DNA from: Gemmatimonadales bacterium
Lineage (GTDB): Bacteria > Gemmatimonadota > Gemmatimonadetes > Gemmatimonadales > GWC2-71-9
NCBI GenBank assembly: GCA_044221045.1
Contig: JBGAPX010000003.1
Coordinates: forward strand, 1 to 64,000
Length of the DNA stretch: 64,000 nt
Reading direction: 5' to 3'
Part shown: piece by piece, positions 27,975 to 36,474 of the stretch
Layout: every line of letters starts with the position of its first letter
How positions within the stretch are numbered: position 1 is the stretch's first letter
Translations under genes and position numbers: made by a program
Notes under the pieces: generated by a model
Told to the model about the DNA's origin: nothing
What the model saw: the letters and a program-made list of their open reading frames with translations, nothing else
Database searches by the model: none

Positions 27975-29096
27975 ATGCGCAGCCTGGCCATCTGTCATCC
28001 CGCCGATCCGGACCTGGATCTGGCCACCGTCACCATCGCCGGCACGCCAGTCGCCACGGCCGCCCGGGAGATCGCCGACCCGCCCTTCGATCCTGAGGAG
28101 CCGGCCAACCGGTCGCTGGTCCGCCTCCGGGTGCTGGCTTTCTCGTGCAACTATCGGGACCGGGCCCGGATCATCGCCCTGGCGCAGAACATTCCCCCGG
28201 CGCGCTTCGCGACCTTCGGGTCGGAGTTCGTCGCGCTCGTGGAGGAGACCGGGGCCGACGTGACCCGGGTGCGGGCCGGCGAGCGCGTGATCGGGGACAA
28301 CCATTACGACATGCCGTTCCGCCTGGCCCAGCGCGATCCGGCCCGCCCGATCGGCATTCCCTCGGTGCAGGCCTCGCGCCGCTCGCTGCTGCTGCACGAG
28401 CGGGCGGTGGTGCCGGTCCCGAGCGTCATGCCGGATCCGGTCGCGGCGGCGTTCAGCCTGAATGCGCAGACGGCGTACAGCATGGTGCGCAAGCTGAGCC
28501 CCCCGCCCGGCGCGCCGATCCTGGTGACGGCCGGCAGCTCCAACACCTCGCTGTTCCTGCTGTCGGCCCTCTGCACCCGGCAGGCCGAGGTCTACGTGAC
28601 CACGACCTGTCCGCGCTGGATTCCCCGGCTCCGGGAGCTGGGGGCACGGGCGGTGTTCGACGTGCGGCGGGCCCCGAATGCGCTGGAGGAGCACGCCGCC
28701 CTGCGTCAGGCGGCCAACGCCGTCGGCGGGTTCTACGCGGTCTGCGACCCGTTCTTCGACCTCTACCTCCGCCAGTCGCTGCCGCTGGTCGCGCCCGGTG
28801 GGCGCTACATCACGTGCGGGCTGGAACGGCAGGGCCCCAACGCGGATGGGGAAGGCGGGAGCGACCCGGGCGAGGTGGCGATCGCGATGCAGATCGCGCT
28901 GTTCCGCAACCTCCAGCTCATCGGCAACTGCCTCGGGATGAGCGACGACCTGGCGCTGGCGCTGCGCGACTACGAGGCGGGGCGCCTTCCGGTCGTGGTG
29001 GACTCGGCGTTCGGCGGGGAGGATGCGGGCCCGTTCCTGGCCCGGACCTACACCACCGCCGACCGGTTCGGGAAGGTGGTCTTCCGGTATGACTAG
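27975..29096 (+). CDS. Medium-chain dehydrogenase/reductase (zinc-ADH/quinone-oxidoreductase fold); a candidate LanJ-type dehydro-amino-acid reductase.
   Basis: MDR fold: N-terminal GroES-like region (ERVIGD..), then a Rossmann region GAPILVTAGSSNTSLFLLSAL. It sits between the GT and LanM genes; its stop overlaps the LanM start by 8 nt. Confidence 0.65.
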   Translation: MRSLAICHPADPDLDLATVTIAGTPVATAAREIADPPFDPEEPANRSLVRLRVLAFSCNYRDRARIIALAQNIPPARFATFGSEFVALVEETGADVTRVRAGERVIGDNHYDMPFRLAQRDPARPIGIPSVQASRRSLLLHERAVVPVPSVMPDPVAAAFSLNAQTAYSMVRKLSPPPGAPILVTAGSSNTSLFLLSALCTRQAEVYVTTTCPRWIPRLRELGARAVFDVRRAPNALEEHAALRQAANAVGGFYAVCDPFFDLYLRQSLPLVAPGGRYITCGLERQGPNADGEGGSDPGEVAIAMQIALFRNLQLIGNCLGMSDDLALALRDYEAGRLPVVVDSAFGGEDAGPFLARTYTTADRFGKVVFRYD

Positions 29097-32000
29097 CCCG
29101 GCCGCCACGCGCCGCCGTTCCCGCCGCCCGCCACCGCCCGAGGTGGCGCGCATCATCGTCCGGGCGGCATCGCCCTGGGAGCGGGCCTCCCATCCCGCCT
29201 TCGCCCCCTGCGTCCCCGCCGATCCGGCCCTGGTGGGCGCGCGGCGTGCGGCGTGGGCCCGCGCCCTTGGCGTGGGCGACCCGGCGGCGCTGGCGGCGCG
29301 GCTCCGCGACCGGGGCCACGACGCGCCGGACTTCGAGCGCGCGCTCGCCGAGGTCGAGATCGCCCGGCCGGAGCGGCTCCCGCGCTGGGCGAGGGACCTG
29401 GCGCGGCTGCTGGAACCCGGGGTGGACCGGGATCCGATCGCGCCGTTCCGGAACGCGGAGGTGCTTGACGCCCAGACCCTGCGCACCGCCGGCGTGGACC
29501 CCGACCAGCCGTGGGCATGCCAGGGTGCCATCGCCCCGTTCCTGCGGCACGCGCGACGGCGGCTGCGCCGCGCCGCGCGCCGCAGTGGCGAGGCGCTGAC
29601 GCCGCCGGTGGAACGCCAGCTCCTCCTGGCCCTCACCCAACGGCTGGCGATGCTGGTGGGACGGGTCTTCCTGGCCCGGGTCGAGGCCGAGCACCTGCTG
29701 GCCGGCTTTCCCGGCGCGGCGGGCATGACGATCTATCGTGCCTGCTTCGGCGATGATGTCCCCGTGGCGCTGCAATGGCGACGCCTGCTGTTGCACTACC
29801 CGGTGCTCGGCCGTTTGCTTGCCGTGGCCCTCCGGCACTGGGGCGATGCGTCCGCCGAACTGCTGCAGCGGCTGGCGCAGGACCGCCAGGCGCTGACCGA
29901 GGCCTTCGGCGGTGGCGAGCCGCTGGGCCCCCTAGCCTCCATCCGCTCCGACACTGGCGACAGTCACGAACAGGGGCGAGCGGTCGCCATTCTCGGATTT
30001 GCCGGCGGCCAGCGGGTGGTGTACAAGCCCAAGGATCTGCGGATCGCGGCGGCGGCGCTCTCGCTGCTCCGGTGGTGCAATGACGCCGGGCTGTCGCTGC
30101 CGCTGCCGGTGCGGACCATCCTGTTGCGGCGGGATTACGCGTGGGAGGCGTTCGCCGTGGAGCGCCCCTGCGGGAGCCGGGCGGAGGTCGAGCGCTACTA
30201 CCGCCGCATGGGGCAGTACGCGCGCCTGCTGCAGCTCACGGACGGGATGGACTTCACCACCGACAACGTCCTGGCACAGGGGGAAACCCCGGTGCTGGTC
30301 GACCTCGAGATGTTCGTGGCGCCCCGGTACCGGAGCGCGATCGCGGGGGAGGAAGGCCACGGCGGCCTGGGCGCCCTCACCAGCGACCTGCCGCTGCGCA
30401 GCGCCCTGGTCACCAGCAAGGTGTACGGTGAGGCGGGGCGCCGGCCGGCCGACCTCGGCGCGCTGGCCGGGTCGTCCCAGCGCCTTGCGCCGTTCAAGCT
30501 GCCGGTGCCGCTCCGGCGGCCCGGCGAGGCCCCCGCGTTCGAGTGGGGATATCTCCCGTTCTCGGGGGGCTCAGCCGCGCCGGTGATGGATGGGGCCCCC
30601 GTGCCGGTGGAGGAATTCGCGGACCAGGTGATCGCGGGATACGCGGAGATGGCGGCGCTCCTGCGCGATCACCGGCAGGAACTGGCCGCGGCCGACGGAC
30701 CACTCGCGCCGCTCCGGTCCGCGCCGATCCGGGCGCTGTGCCGGGACACTCACATCTACGCCCGGATCCTCGGCGAGAGCCTCTGGCCCGACCGCCTGCG
30801 CGACGGCGTGCTCCGTGAACTCTGCCTGGAGCGGCTCTGGCGGGGACGGTTCGCCGACCCGGCCATCAACGCCGCCGAGATCGAGAGCATCCGCGACCTC
30901 GACATCCCCCTCTTCCGCGCCGTGCCGGACCGCAACGCCCTCTATACGGAGCGGGGACACGAAGTGCCCGACTTCTTCGAGGCCGCGCCGTGGGCGCGGA
31001 TCGCCGCGCACCTCGAGGCACTCGGGGGCCGGACGGTCGGGGCAGAGGTCGAGGAGCTGCGCTCGGCGCTGTTCACGCTGGCGCCGTGGACCCGCGTCAC
31101 CACCACGCCGGTGCCGCGCCCGCCCGCCGCGCCGGACTTCGCCGCCGCCGCGCGCGAGATCGGACGGGAGCTGGTGCGGAGTGAGTCCGTCGGCGGGCAG
31201 GCCGCGGGCTGGCTCGGGCTCCGCTACCAGCCGGAGTTCGACGCCTGGGAGTTCACGGTGCTGCACGCCGACCTGCTGAGCGGGACCGTCGGCATCGCGG
31301 TGCTGCTCGCCGACCTGGCCAGGGGAGCGCGCGGGGCGCCCTCGCCGACGCTCGAGCGCCTGCTGGCGCGCCTCGAGCGCCGGCTCACGCTTCGTCTTGG
31401 CGGCGAGCCCGACGCGGACCCCTGGGAGAGCCCGGGGGCGTTCCACGGCTGGGGCAGCTGGTACTACGGCCTGGTCCGGGCGCACGTGGCGCTGGGGGAC
31501 CGTGCCGCCGTGTCCCGCGCGGTGTCCCTGGTGGAGGGGCTCGACGTCGACCACCTCGACGCGGTGACGGGCGATGTCATCGATGGCCCCGCCGGCCTCC
31601 TCGCCGTCCTCGGCAGTACCCCCGCGTGGGCCATGACCCCGGCGCTCGCGCGCCTGATGCGCGCCGTGGCGCTCCGGGTCGGAGCCCAACTGACCGGAGG
31701 GGATACGCCGGGACCGGCACCCCTGCGGCCCGAGGGCGCCACCGGGCTCGACGCGCTCCCCGCCGGGAGGACTGGCGTGGTCTGGAGCCTCTGCCGGGCC
31801 GCGCGGCAGCTGGGTGATGCCACCCTGGCTCCAGCCGATGCGCTCGTGCAGCAGGCACTTCCGCCCGAGCCCGGAGTCGGGCCCGCCGGCCAGGCCGCGC
31901 TCCTGCTGGATCTCGCGGACCATGCGCCCGTCGCGCGCGATGCGGCGGTCCATCACGCGACGGCTGTGCTCGACCGGATGGGCGCGCCTGCCACCGGCGC

Positions 32001-32256
32001 GGAGTTGCTTGAGGCGGGCGAACTCGCGCTGGGGCTCGCCCGCCTGACGATGGACGCCCGCTATCTCGCGACCGCCCGTCGGTTCGGCGCCGGCCTTGTG
32101 GCCCGGCGCGCGGCGACGGGACGATGGTTTCCGGAGCGCCTTGCCTCCGACCGGCACCTGGTGTCGGCGATCAGCGGCACCGCCTCCGTGGCGCACCTCT
32201 GCCTGCGGCTGGCCGAGCCGGGACGGCACGCCTCGATCCGGCTGCTGGGCTGTTGA
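29089..32256 (+). CDS. Class II lanthipeptide synthetase-like protein (LanM-like): an N-terminal dehydratase domain and a C-terminal LanC-like domain.
   Basis: GDSHEQGRAVAILGFAGGQRVVYKPKDLRIAAA and TTDNVLAQGETPVLVDLEMFVAP match LanM kinase-like dehydratase motifs. The C-terminus has LanC-like Gly-rich repeats (SGTVGIAVLLADL, AFHGWGSWYYG, DGPAGLLAVLG, GTASVAHLCL). Confidence 0.8.
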   Translation: MTSPAATRRRSRRPPPPEVARIIVRAASPWERASHPAFAPCVPADPALVGARRAAWARALGVGDPAALAARLRDRGHDAPDFERALAEVEIARPERLPRWARDLARLLEPGVDRDPIAPFRNAEVLDAQTLRTAGVDPDQPWACQGAIAPFLRHARRRLRRAARRSGEALTPPVERQLLLALTQRLAMLVGRVFLARVEAEHLLAGFPGAAGMTIYRACFGDDVPVALQWRRLLLHYPVLGRLLAVALRHWGDASAELLQRLAQDRQALTEAFGGGEPLGPLASIRSDTGDSHEQGRAVAILGFAGGQRVVYKPKDLRIAAAALSLLRWCNDAGLSLPLPVRTILLRRDYAWEAFAVERPCGSRAEVERYYRRMGQYARLLQLTDGMDFTTDNVLAQGETPVLVDLEMFVAPRYRSAIAGEEGHGGLGALTSDLPLRSALVTSKVYGEAGRRPADLGALAGSSQRLAPFKLPVPLRRPGEAPAFEWGYLPFSGGSAAPVMDGAPVPVEEFADQVIAGYAEMAALLRDHRQELAAADGPLAPLRSAPIRALCRDTHIYARILGESLWPDRLRDGVLRELCLERLWRGRFADPAINAAEIESIRDLDIPLFRAVPDRNALYTERGHEVPDFFEAAPWARIAAHLEALGGRTVGAEVEELRSALFTLAPWTRVTTTPVPRPPAAPDFAAAAREIGRELVRSESVGGQAAGWLGLRYQPEFDAWEFTVLHADLLSGTVGIAVLLADLARGARGAPSPTLERLLARLERRLTLRLGGEPDADPWESPGAFHGWGSWYYGLVRAHVALGDRAAVSRAVSLVEGLDVDHLDAVTGDVIDGPAGLLAVLGSTPAWAMTPALARLMRAVALRVGAQLTGGDTPGPAPLRPEGATGLDALPAGRTGVVWSLCRAARQLGDATLAPADALVQQALPPEPGVGPAGQAALLLDLADHAPVARDAAVHHATAVLDRMGAPATGAELLEAGELALGLARLTMDARYLATARRFGAGLVARRAATGRWFPERLASDRHLVSAISGTASVAHLCLRLAEPGRHASIRLLGC

Positions 32257-32269
32257 GGGCGCAGGGGTC

Positions 32270-33034
32270 GTGCGAATCCTCGACCTGGACCTGGACTTCT
32301 TCCTCGATCGCGTCGGTTTTCGACGGCCGGATGGCGGCCGACTGGACCCGGACCGGTATCACCCCTGGCCGGAGCCGGAACTGGAGTCCTGGCTCGACCG
32401 CTGCCTCCCGCCGAGTGCACCGCGCCCGCGGGGGCGGGTGGTGACCCACCATCGCGAGGCGTTCTACGTCTGGCGGGAGCTGGTGGAGCGGGGCGCGCTC
32501 GTGCCCCCCCTGGAGATCGTCCATGTGGACGCCCATGCGGACCTCGGCGTGAGCAATGATGGCCACCGGTACCTCATGACGGACCTGCTGCACCGGCCGC
32601 CCGCGGACCGGCGCGCCCCCGCCGCGGAGAAGCTCCGCGACGGCAACTACCTGCTCTTCGCCGTGGCGTGCCGATGGGTTGGGGCCCTCACCTACGTGAC
32701 CCACCCGCAGAGGGAGCGGGCCGGCCGGCTGTGGCAGGACGACCGGCCGACCTGTCTCTTCCGCGACGACGACCCGGAGAGCGGCATCCTGGAGCTTCGA
32801 CGCATGGCCTCGCGGGAGCTCGCGTTCCTTCCCCCGGTCCTGCACGGCTATGGCCGGACCGCGACCACCCCCCTCGGGCTCGAGCCCGCGGTGACGTTCC
32901 GGACCATCGCGGCCCGCGAGTTCGCGGTCGAGGCGCCGTTCGACTTCGTGCTGGTGGCGCGATCGCCTGACTACACGCCGGAGACCGCGGACCGCCTGCT
33001 GCCCCGCATCATGGCCCGGCTCGCCCCGGGCTGA
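32270..33034 (+). CDS. Hypothetical protein, possibly a metal-dependent (UPF0489-like) enzyme.
   Basis: GTG start just after the LanM stop. Motifs VVTHHREAFYVWREL and VHVDAHADLG suggest a His/Asp metal site. The family assignment is tentative. Confidence 0.45.
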   Translation: MRILDLDLDFFLDRVGFRRPDGGRLDPDRYHPWPEPELESWLDRCLPPSAPRPRGRVVTHHREAFYVWRELVERGALVPPLEIVHVDAHADLGVSNDGHRYLMTDLLHRPPADRRAPAAEKLRDGNYLLFAVACRWVGALTYVTHPQRERAGRLWQDDRPTCLFRDDDPESGILELRRMASRELAFLPPVLHGYGRTATTPLGLEPAVTFRTIAAREFAVEAPFDFVLVARSPDYTPETADRLLPRIMARLAPG

Positions 33035-33058
33035 TCCCTCCCGGTCCCGAGCGCGCGC

Positions 33059-34099
33059 ATGCACACCCTGCTCGACAGCCTGCTCACCGTCGGTCATCCG
33101 GCCGTCGCGACGCTGGTCTCTCCCGTCGCGTGGGAGCGCATTTCGGCGGTGGCAGACCGACTGCCCGCCCCGCTCGCCCGATGGCTCTACCTCGAGCGGC
33201 GACTGGACCTTTCCGACGAGCGGGTGGACCTGATCGTCGGGGTGGAGCGAACCGAGGCTCGCCGCCTCGCGGAACCGGGCCGGCCTTTCGAGCCGATGCC
33301 GCGCGGCATCCGCCGCCTTGCCCGGGCCTGGTCAACCGACCAGCGGTATCGGTCCATCGAGCGATGCTGGCTGGAATACGATGTCCTGCCCGACGGAGCG
33401 GCGCCTGCGCCGGGCGTCTTCCTCGACCTGGAGCCGGCTGCCGCGGTGCTCGGCCCGGCGGGCCCGTTCCCGGCCGTGCACCCGGGCCTGGCGTGTCTCG
33501 GTCTCCCGCCTGACCGGCTCCGCCCAGCCCTCCAGCTCCTGGCGCGGCTCCAGGGGCGGGCCCCGGGGCTGCTCCTTCCTTATGTAGGGTATTTCCCCGA
33601 TCGCGCCGATGCCCCGCTCCGGGTGTGCCTTTCGGGCGTCGCGGAGGACACCATCGCCGCGCTGCTCACCGACCTGTCGTGGCCGGGTGAGGTCAGCCGG
33701 GTCGTGACCGTGCTGGCCGCGGCCGGCAGGGCCCCGAGCGTGATCCATCTTGATCTCGGTCCGGAGCTCCTGCCGAGTGTCGGGTTCGAGTTCGGGCTGG
33801 ATCACGGCGCGCAGCTCGAAGGCCGGCTGGCCGAGGGGGCCTGGCTCACTGAGTGGGTTCGCCGGGGATGGTGCCGGCCCGAACTGGTCGCCGGACTCTG
33901 CCGCTGGCCCGAGGTGACCACCGGCGTGATGAGCCATGAGGTGTGGCCGAGCCTTCTGGTCCGCCGGGTCAACCACCTCAAGCTGGTCCTGGACGCTGCC
34001 GGTCGACTGGCGTGCAAGGGGTACCTCTGCTTCACGCACGCGCCACTCTCCGCCCACCGCCCGCGGCGGGCCGAGTCGAGGCAGCTCTCTATCCGTTAG
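33059..34099 (+). CDS. Hypothetical protein with no recognisable domain.
   Basis: A 346-aa ORF in the cluster orientation, with GC3 skew consistent with coding. No motif recognised. Confidence 0.45.
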   Translation: MHTLLDSLLTVGHPAVATLVSPVAWERISAVADRLPAPLARWLYLERRLDLSDERVDLIVGVERTEARRLAEPGRPFEPMPRGIRRLARAWSTDQRYRSIERCWLEYDVLPDGAAPAPGVFLDLEPAAAVLGPAGPFPAVHPGLACLGLPPDRLRPALQLLARLQGRAPGLLLPYVGYFPDRADAPLRVCLSGVAEDTIAALLTDLSWPGEVSRVVTVLAAAGRAPSVIHLDLGPELLPSVGFEFGLDHGAQLEGRLAEGAWLTEWVRRGWCRPELVAGLCRWPEVTTGVMSHEVWPSLLVRRVNHLKLVLDAAGRLACKGYLCFTHAPLSAHRPRRAESRQLSIR

Positions 34100-34185
34100 A
34101 TCGAGCGCTCGGCCCGGGCCGGATCCGCCGGGTGGTCCATGCTCGATGTTGTGGCCCTGACAGCAGTTGCTCACCGCGCCCCCGA

Positions 34186-34201
34186 CGGTACGGGCCTTGC
34201 C
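34186..34201 (+). promoter_or_regulatory. Candidate sigma-54 (-24/-12) promoter upstream of the NHLP precursor gene.
   Basis: cGGTACgggccTTGCc, about 60 bp upstream of the ATG at 34261. Same GG-N10-GC TTGC arrangement as at 22761. Confidence 0.4.
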
Positions 34202-34260
34202 TTCCTGCGATCAGCAAGTCGTCTGGTCTCCGCGTCACTGCCACGACATCCGGAGTAGCG

Positions 34261-34635
34261 ATGCCCACGTCCAATGATCGGGAGCGCCAGGTCCTCGAAG
34301 CCGTCGTGGATCGGGCGTCGAAGGACCCAGTGTTCCGCAAGCTGCTGCTCACCGACCCGCGGGGCACCATCGACGCGAACTTCGGCGTCCGGATCCCGGA
34401 GACATTCCGGATCCGGTTCATCGAGCGGGACCCGGATCTCGACGCCCTCATCGTCCTGCCGGACCTGCAGGTCACCAACGCGGAGCTGTCGGACCAGGAC
34501 CTCGAGGCGGTGACTGGCGGTGCCCAGCAGTCGGCATGGGCGGGCGAGCTGGGCCCGATCTCGGTTCCTGCGGCCGGCTTCATCCTCAACGGCGCGTACG
34601 TGCAGAGTCGTGGCACGCTCGGGCGCCGTTCCTAG
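34261..34635 (+). CDS. RiPP precursor peptide with an NHLP (nitrile hydratase leader peptide) leader of 87 aa and a 37-aa core.
   Basis: MPTSNDRERQVLEAVVDRASKDPVFRKLLLTDPRGTIDANFGVRIPETFRIRFIERDPDLDALIVLPDLQVTNAELSDQDLEAVTGG | AQQSAWAGELGPISVPAAGFILNGAYVQSRGTLGRRS. The leader is NHLP-like with a GG cleavage site. The core has no Cys. Confidence 0.8.
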   Translation: MPTSNDRERQVLEAVVDRASKDPVFRKLLLTDPRGTIDANFGVRIPETFRIRFIERDPDLDALIVLPDLQVTNAELSDQDLEAVTGGAQQSAWAGELGPISVPAAGFILNGAYVQSRGTLGRRS

Positions 34636-34669
34636 CGGATTGCCCACCTCCCAACCCAGGAGCATCCCC

Positions 34670-34867
34670 GTGACCCCTCCGTCCGTGAACTCACCGGAGC
34701 GCCCGTCCCAGCCGTCGCCGACCCTGGCCGGGCTGGATGAACTGAGCGACGCGGACCTCGAGCATGCGGTCGGCGGGCTGGCGCGGGTCTGGCTGGGGGC
34801 GGACCTGCCCCGGTCCGAGGACGTCCTGTTCCGGTCCGCGCTGCCGGCGCATCCGGCCGTGTCGTGA
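34670..34867 (+). CDS. Third small precursor-like peptide (65 aa) with a short double-glycine leader.
   Basis: GTG start after AGGAG. VTPPSVNSPERPSQPSPTLAGLDELSDADLEHAVGG | LARVWLGADLPRSEDVLFRSALPAHPAVS. LSDADLEHAVGG resembles class-II bacteriocin GG leaders. The core has no Cys. Confidence 0.5.
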   Translation: MTPPSVNSPERPSQPSPTLAGLDELSDADLEHAVGGLARVWLGADLPRSEDVLFRSALPAHPAVS

Positions 34868-34874
34868 GGATGTG

Positions 34875-36434
34875 ATGACGGTCGCATCGTCCTGCGTCGT
34901 GCGACGGTCCGGCGCTGGCTGGTGGCTGCGCGGCGTCCCGCTCGGGCCGCTGTTCTGGCTGCTGTTGCCCACGGCGCTGGCCGCACAGGAGGAGGCGCCG
35001 CCCGGGGCCCTGCACCTGCGGGACGCGCTGCGACTGGCCCGCGGCGGGAACACCGCCATCCGCCTGGCGACGGAGCAGACCCGTGTGGCCTGGGCGGGCT
35101 CGCTGCAGGCGAGCGCCCCCTACGACCTCAACTTCACGACGTCGTTCACCTCGGTCACCAGCCGCAGCCCGGTGCAGGTGCCGGGGGCCGTCGCCTCGCT
35201 GCCGGACGTGAGCGCGCTGAAGCAGCTGGACTACAGCGTGGGACTGAGCAAGACCTTCCGCTCCGGCCTGCAGCTCTCGCCTTCGGTCACGGTGCAGCGG
35301 ATCGACCTCTCGACGACGCCGGGCGCCCCGGTGGCGCGCTCCACCGTGGCGCTCAATGCGCTGGTGCCGTTGCTGCGCGACCGGGCCGCCCTGAACCTCC
35401 GCGCGTCCGGCGAGGTAGCCGACGCCGAGGTGCTCGCGTCGGAGGATGACCGGCGGCACGCGACGGCGGTGGCGCTGCAGTCGGTGGCGGCGGCCTACTG
35501 GACCTACGTGGGAGGGGTGCGGCGACTCGCCGCGCAGCAGGCCGCCGAGGCGCGGGCCCAGCGCACGGTGGAGGTGACCCGCCGGCTCATCGAGGCGGAC
35601 GAAAGGACCCCGTCCGACCTCGACCAGGTGATCGCCAACGCGACCCAGAAGACGGTGCTGCGGCTGGCGGCGGAACAGGCGCTGGTCCAGGCCCGCCAGC
35701 AGCTCGGGGTCGCGATGGGGCTCGACCCCGGGGCGATCGCCACGCTGCCGCTGCCGGCGGACAGCTTCCCCATGGCCGCCGGGAATGCCGCGGTGCCGCG
35801 CCTGGCCGATTGGCAGGCGCAGGCGGTGGCGGGGCGGCGCGACCTGTCGGCCGCCACGACGCGGGCCCGTGCCACTGACTGGCTGGAGCGGTCGGCCGCG
35901 AACGACCTGCGACCCCGGCTCGACCTCTCGGTCGGGGTGGGCTACCAGGGCATCGACCAGGGCAACGAGGCCGACCACACCCTGGGCGCGCTGTTTCGGA
36001 ACGTGCCCGGGCTGCAGGCCACCGTGCAGGTCCGCTTCCAGCAACCGACGAGCGGGACCCTCGGTCACGCGCGGCTGGTCCAGGCGGAGGCCACCACGGC
36101 CCAGCGGGAGGCCACCCTGGCAGACCTGCGCCGGCGCGTCCTCTCGTCGGTGGAGGTGGCGGCGCGGGGCCTCGATAACGCCCGGGTCAGCGTGGACGCG
36201 GCCGGCACGGCGGTGGCGATGGCGCGCCGCGGCGTGGACCACCAGGAGCGCAAGTTTGCGCTCGGGTTGGCCACGCTCTTCGACGTCATCCAGGCCCAGG
36301 ACGCGCTCACCGCGGCCGAACTGAGCGAGATCACCAGCCAGCAGGCCTTCGCCGTCGCGATCGCGCAGCTCCGCCTCGAAACGGCCACCCTGGTGCTGGA
36401 CGACGCGCCGGTGGACCTGCTGCAGGCGCCGTAG
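34875..36434 (+). CDS. TolC-like outer-membrane efflux protein.
   Basis: Signal peptide (LGPLFWLLLPTALAAQEE), then two repeats of the OEP fold with conserved coiled regions (LATLFDVIQAQDALTAAE...). Confidence 0.8.
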   Translation: MTVASSCVVRRSGAGWWLRGVPLGPLFWLLLPTALAAQEEAPPGALHLRDALRLARGGNTAIRLATEQTRVAWAGSLQASAPYDLNFTTSFTSVTSRSPVQVPGAVASLPDVSALKQLDYSVGLSKTFRSGLQLSPSVTVQRIDLSTTPGAPVARSTVALNALVPLLRDRAALNLRASGEVADAEVLASEDDRRHATAVALQSVAAAYWTYVGGVRRLAAQQAAEARAQRTVEVTRRLIEADERTPSDLDQVIANATQKTVLRLAAEQALVQARQQLGVAMGLDPGAIATLPLPADSFPMAAGNAAVPRLADWQAQAVAGRRDLSAATTRARATDWLERSAANDLRPRLDLSVGVGYQGIDQGNEADHTLGALFRNVPGLQATVQVRFQQPTSGTLGHARLVQAEATTAQREATLADLRRRVLSSVEVAARGLDNARVSVDAAGTAVAMARRGVDHQERKFALGLATLFDVIQAQDALTAAELSEITSQQAFAVAIAQLRLETATLVLDDAPVDLLQAP

Positions 36435-36474
36435 CCGCCGACCGATCCGGACGACCCATCCCCGTGAGGATTCC

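Noticed and set aside
32096-33034. ATG start at 32096 for the post-LanM gene.
   Set aside because: It would overlap the LanM C-terminus by 160 nt in another frame. A GTG at 32270, just after the LanM stop and preceded by GAGGG, is more parsimonious.
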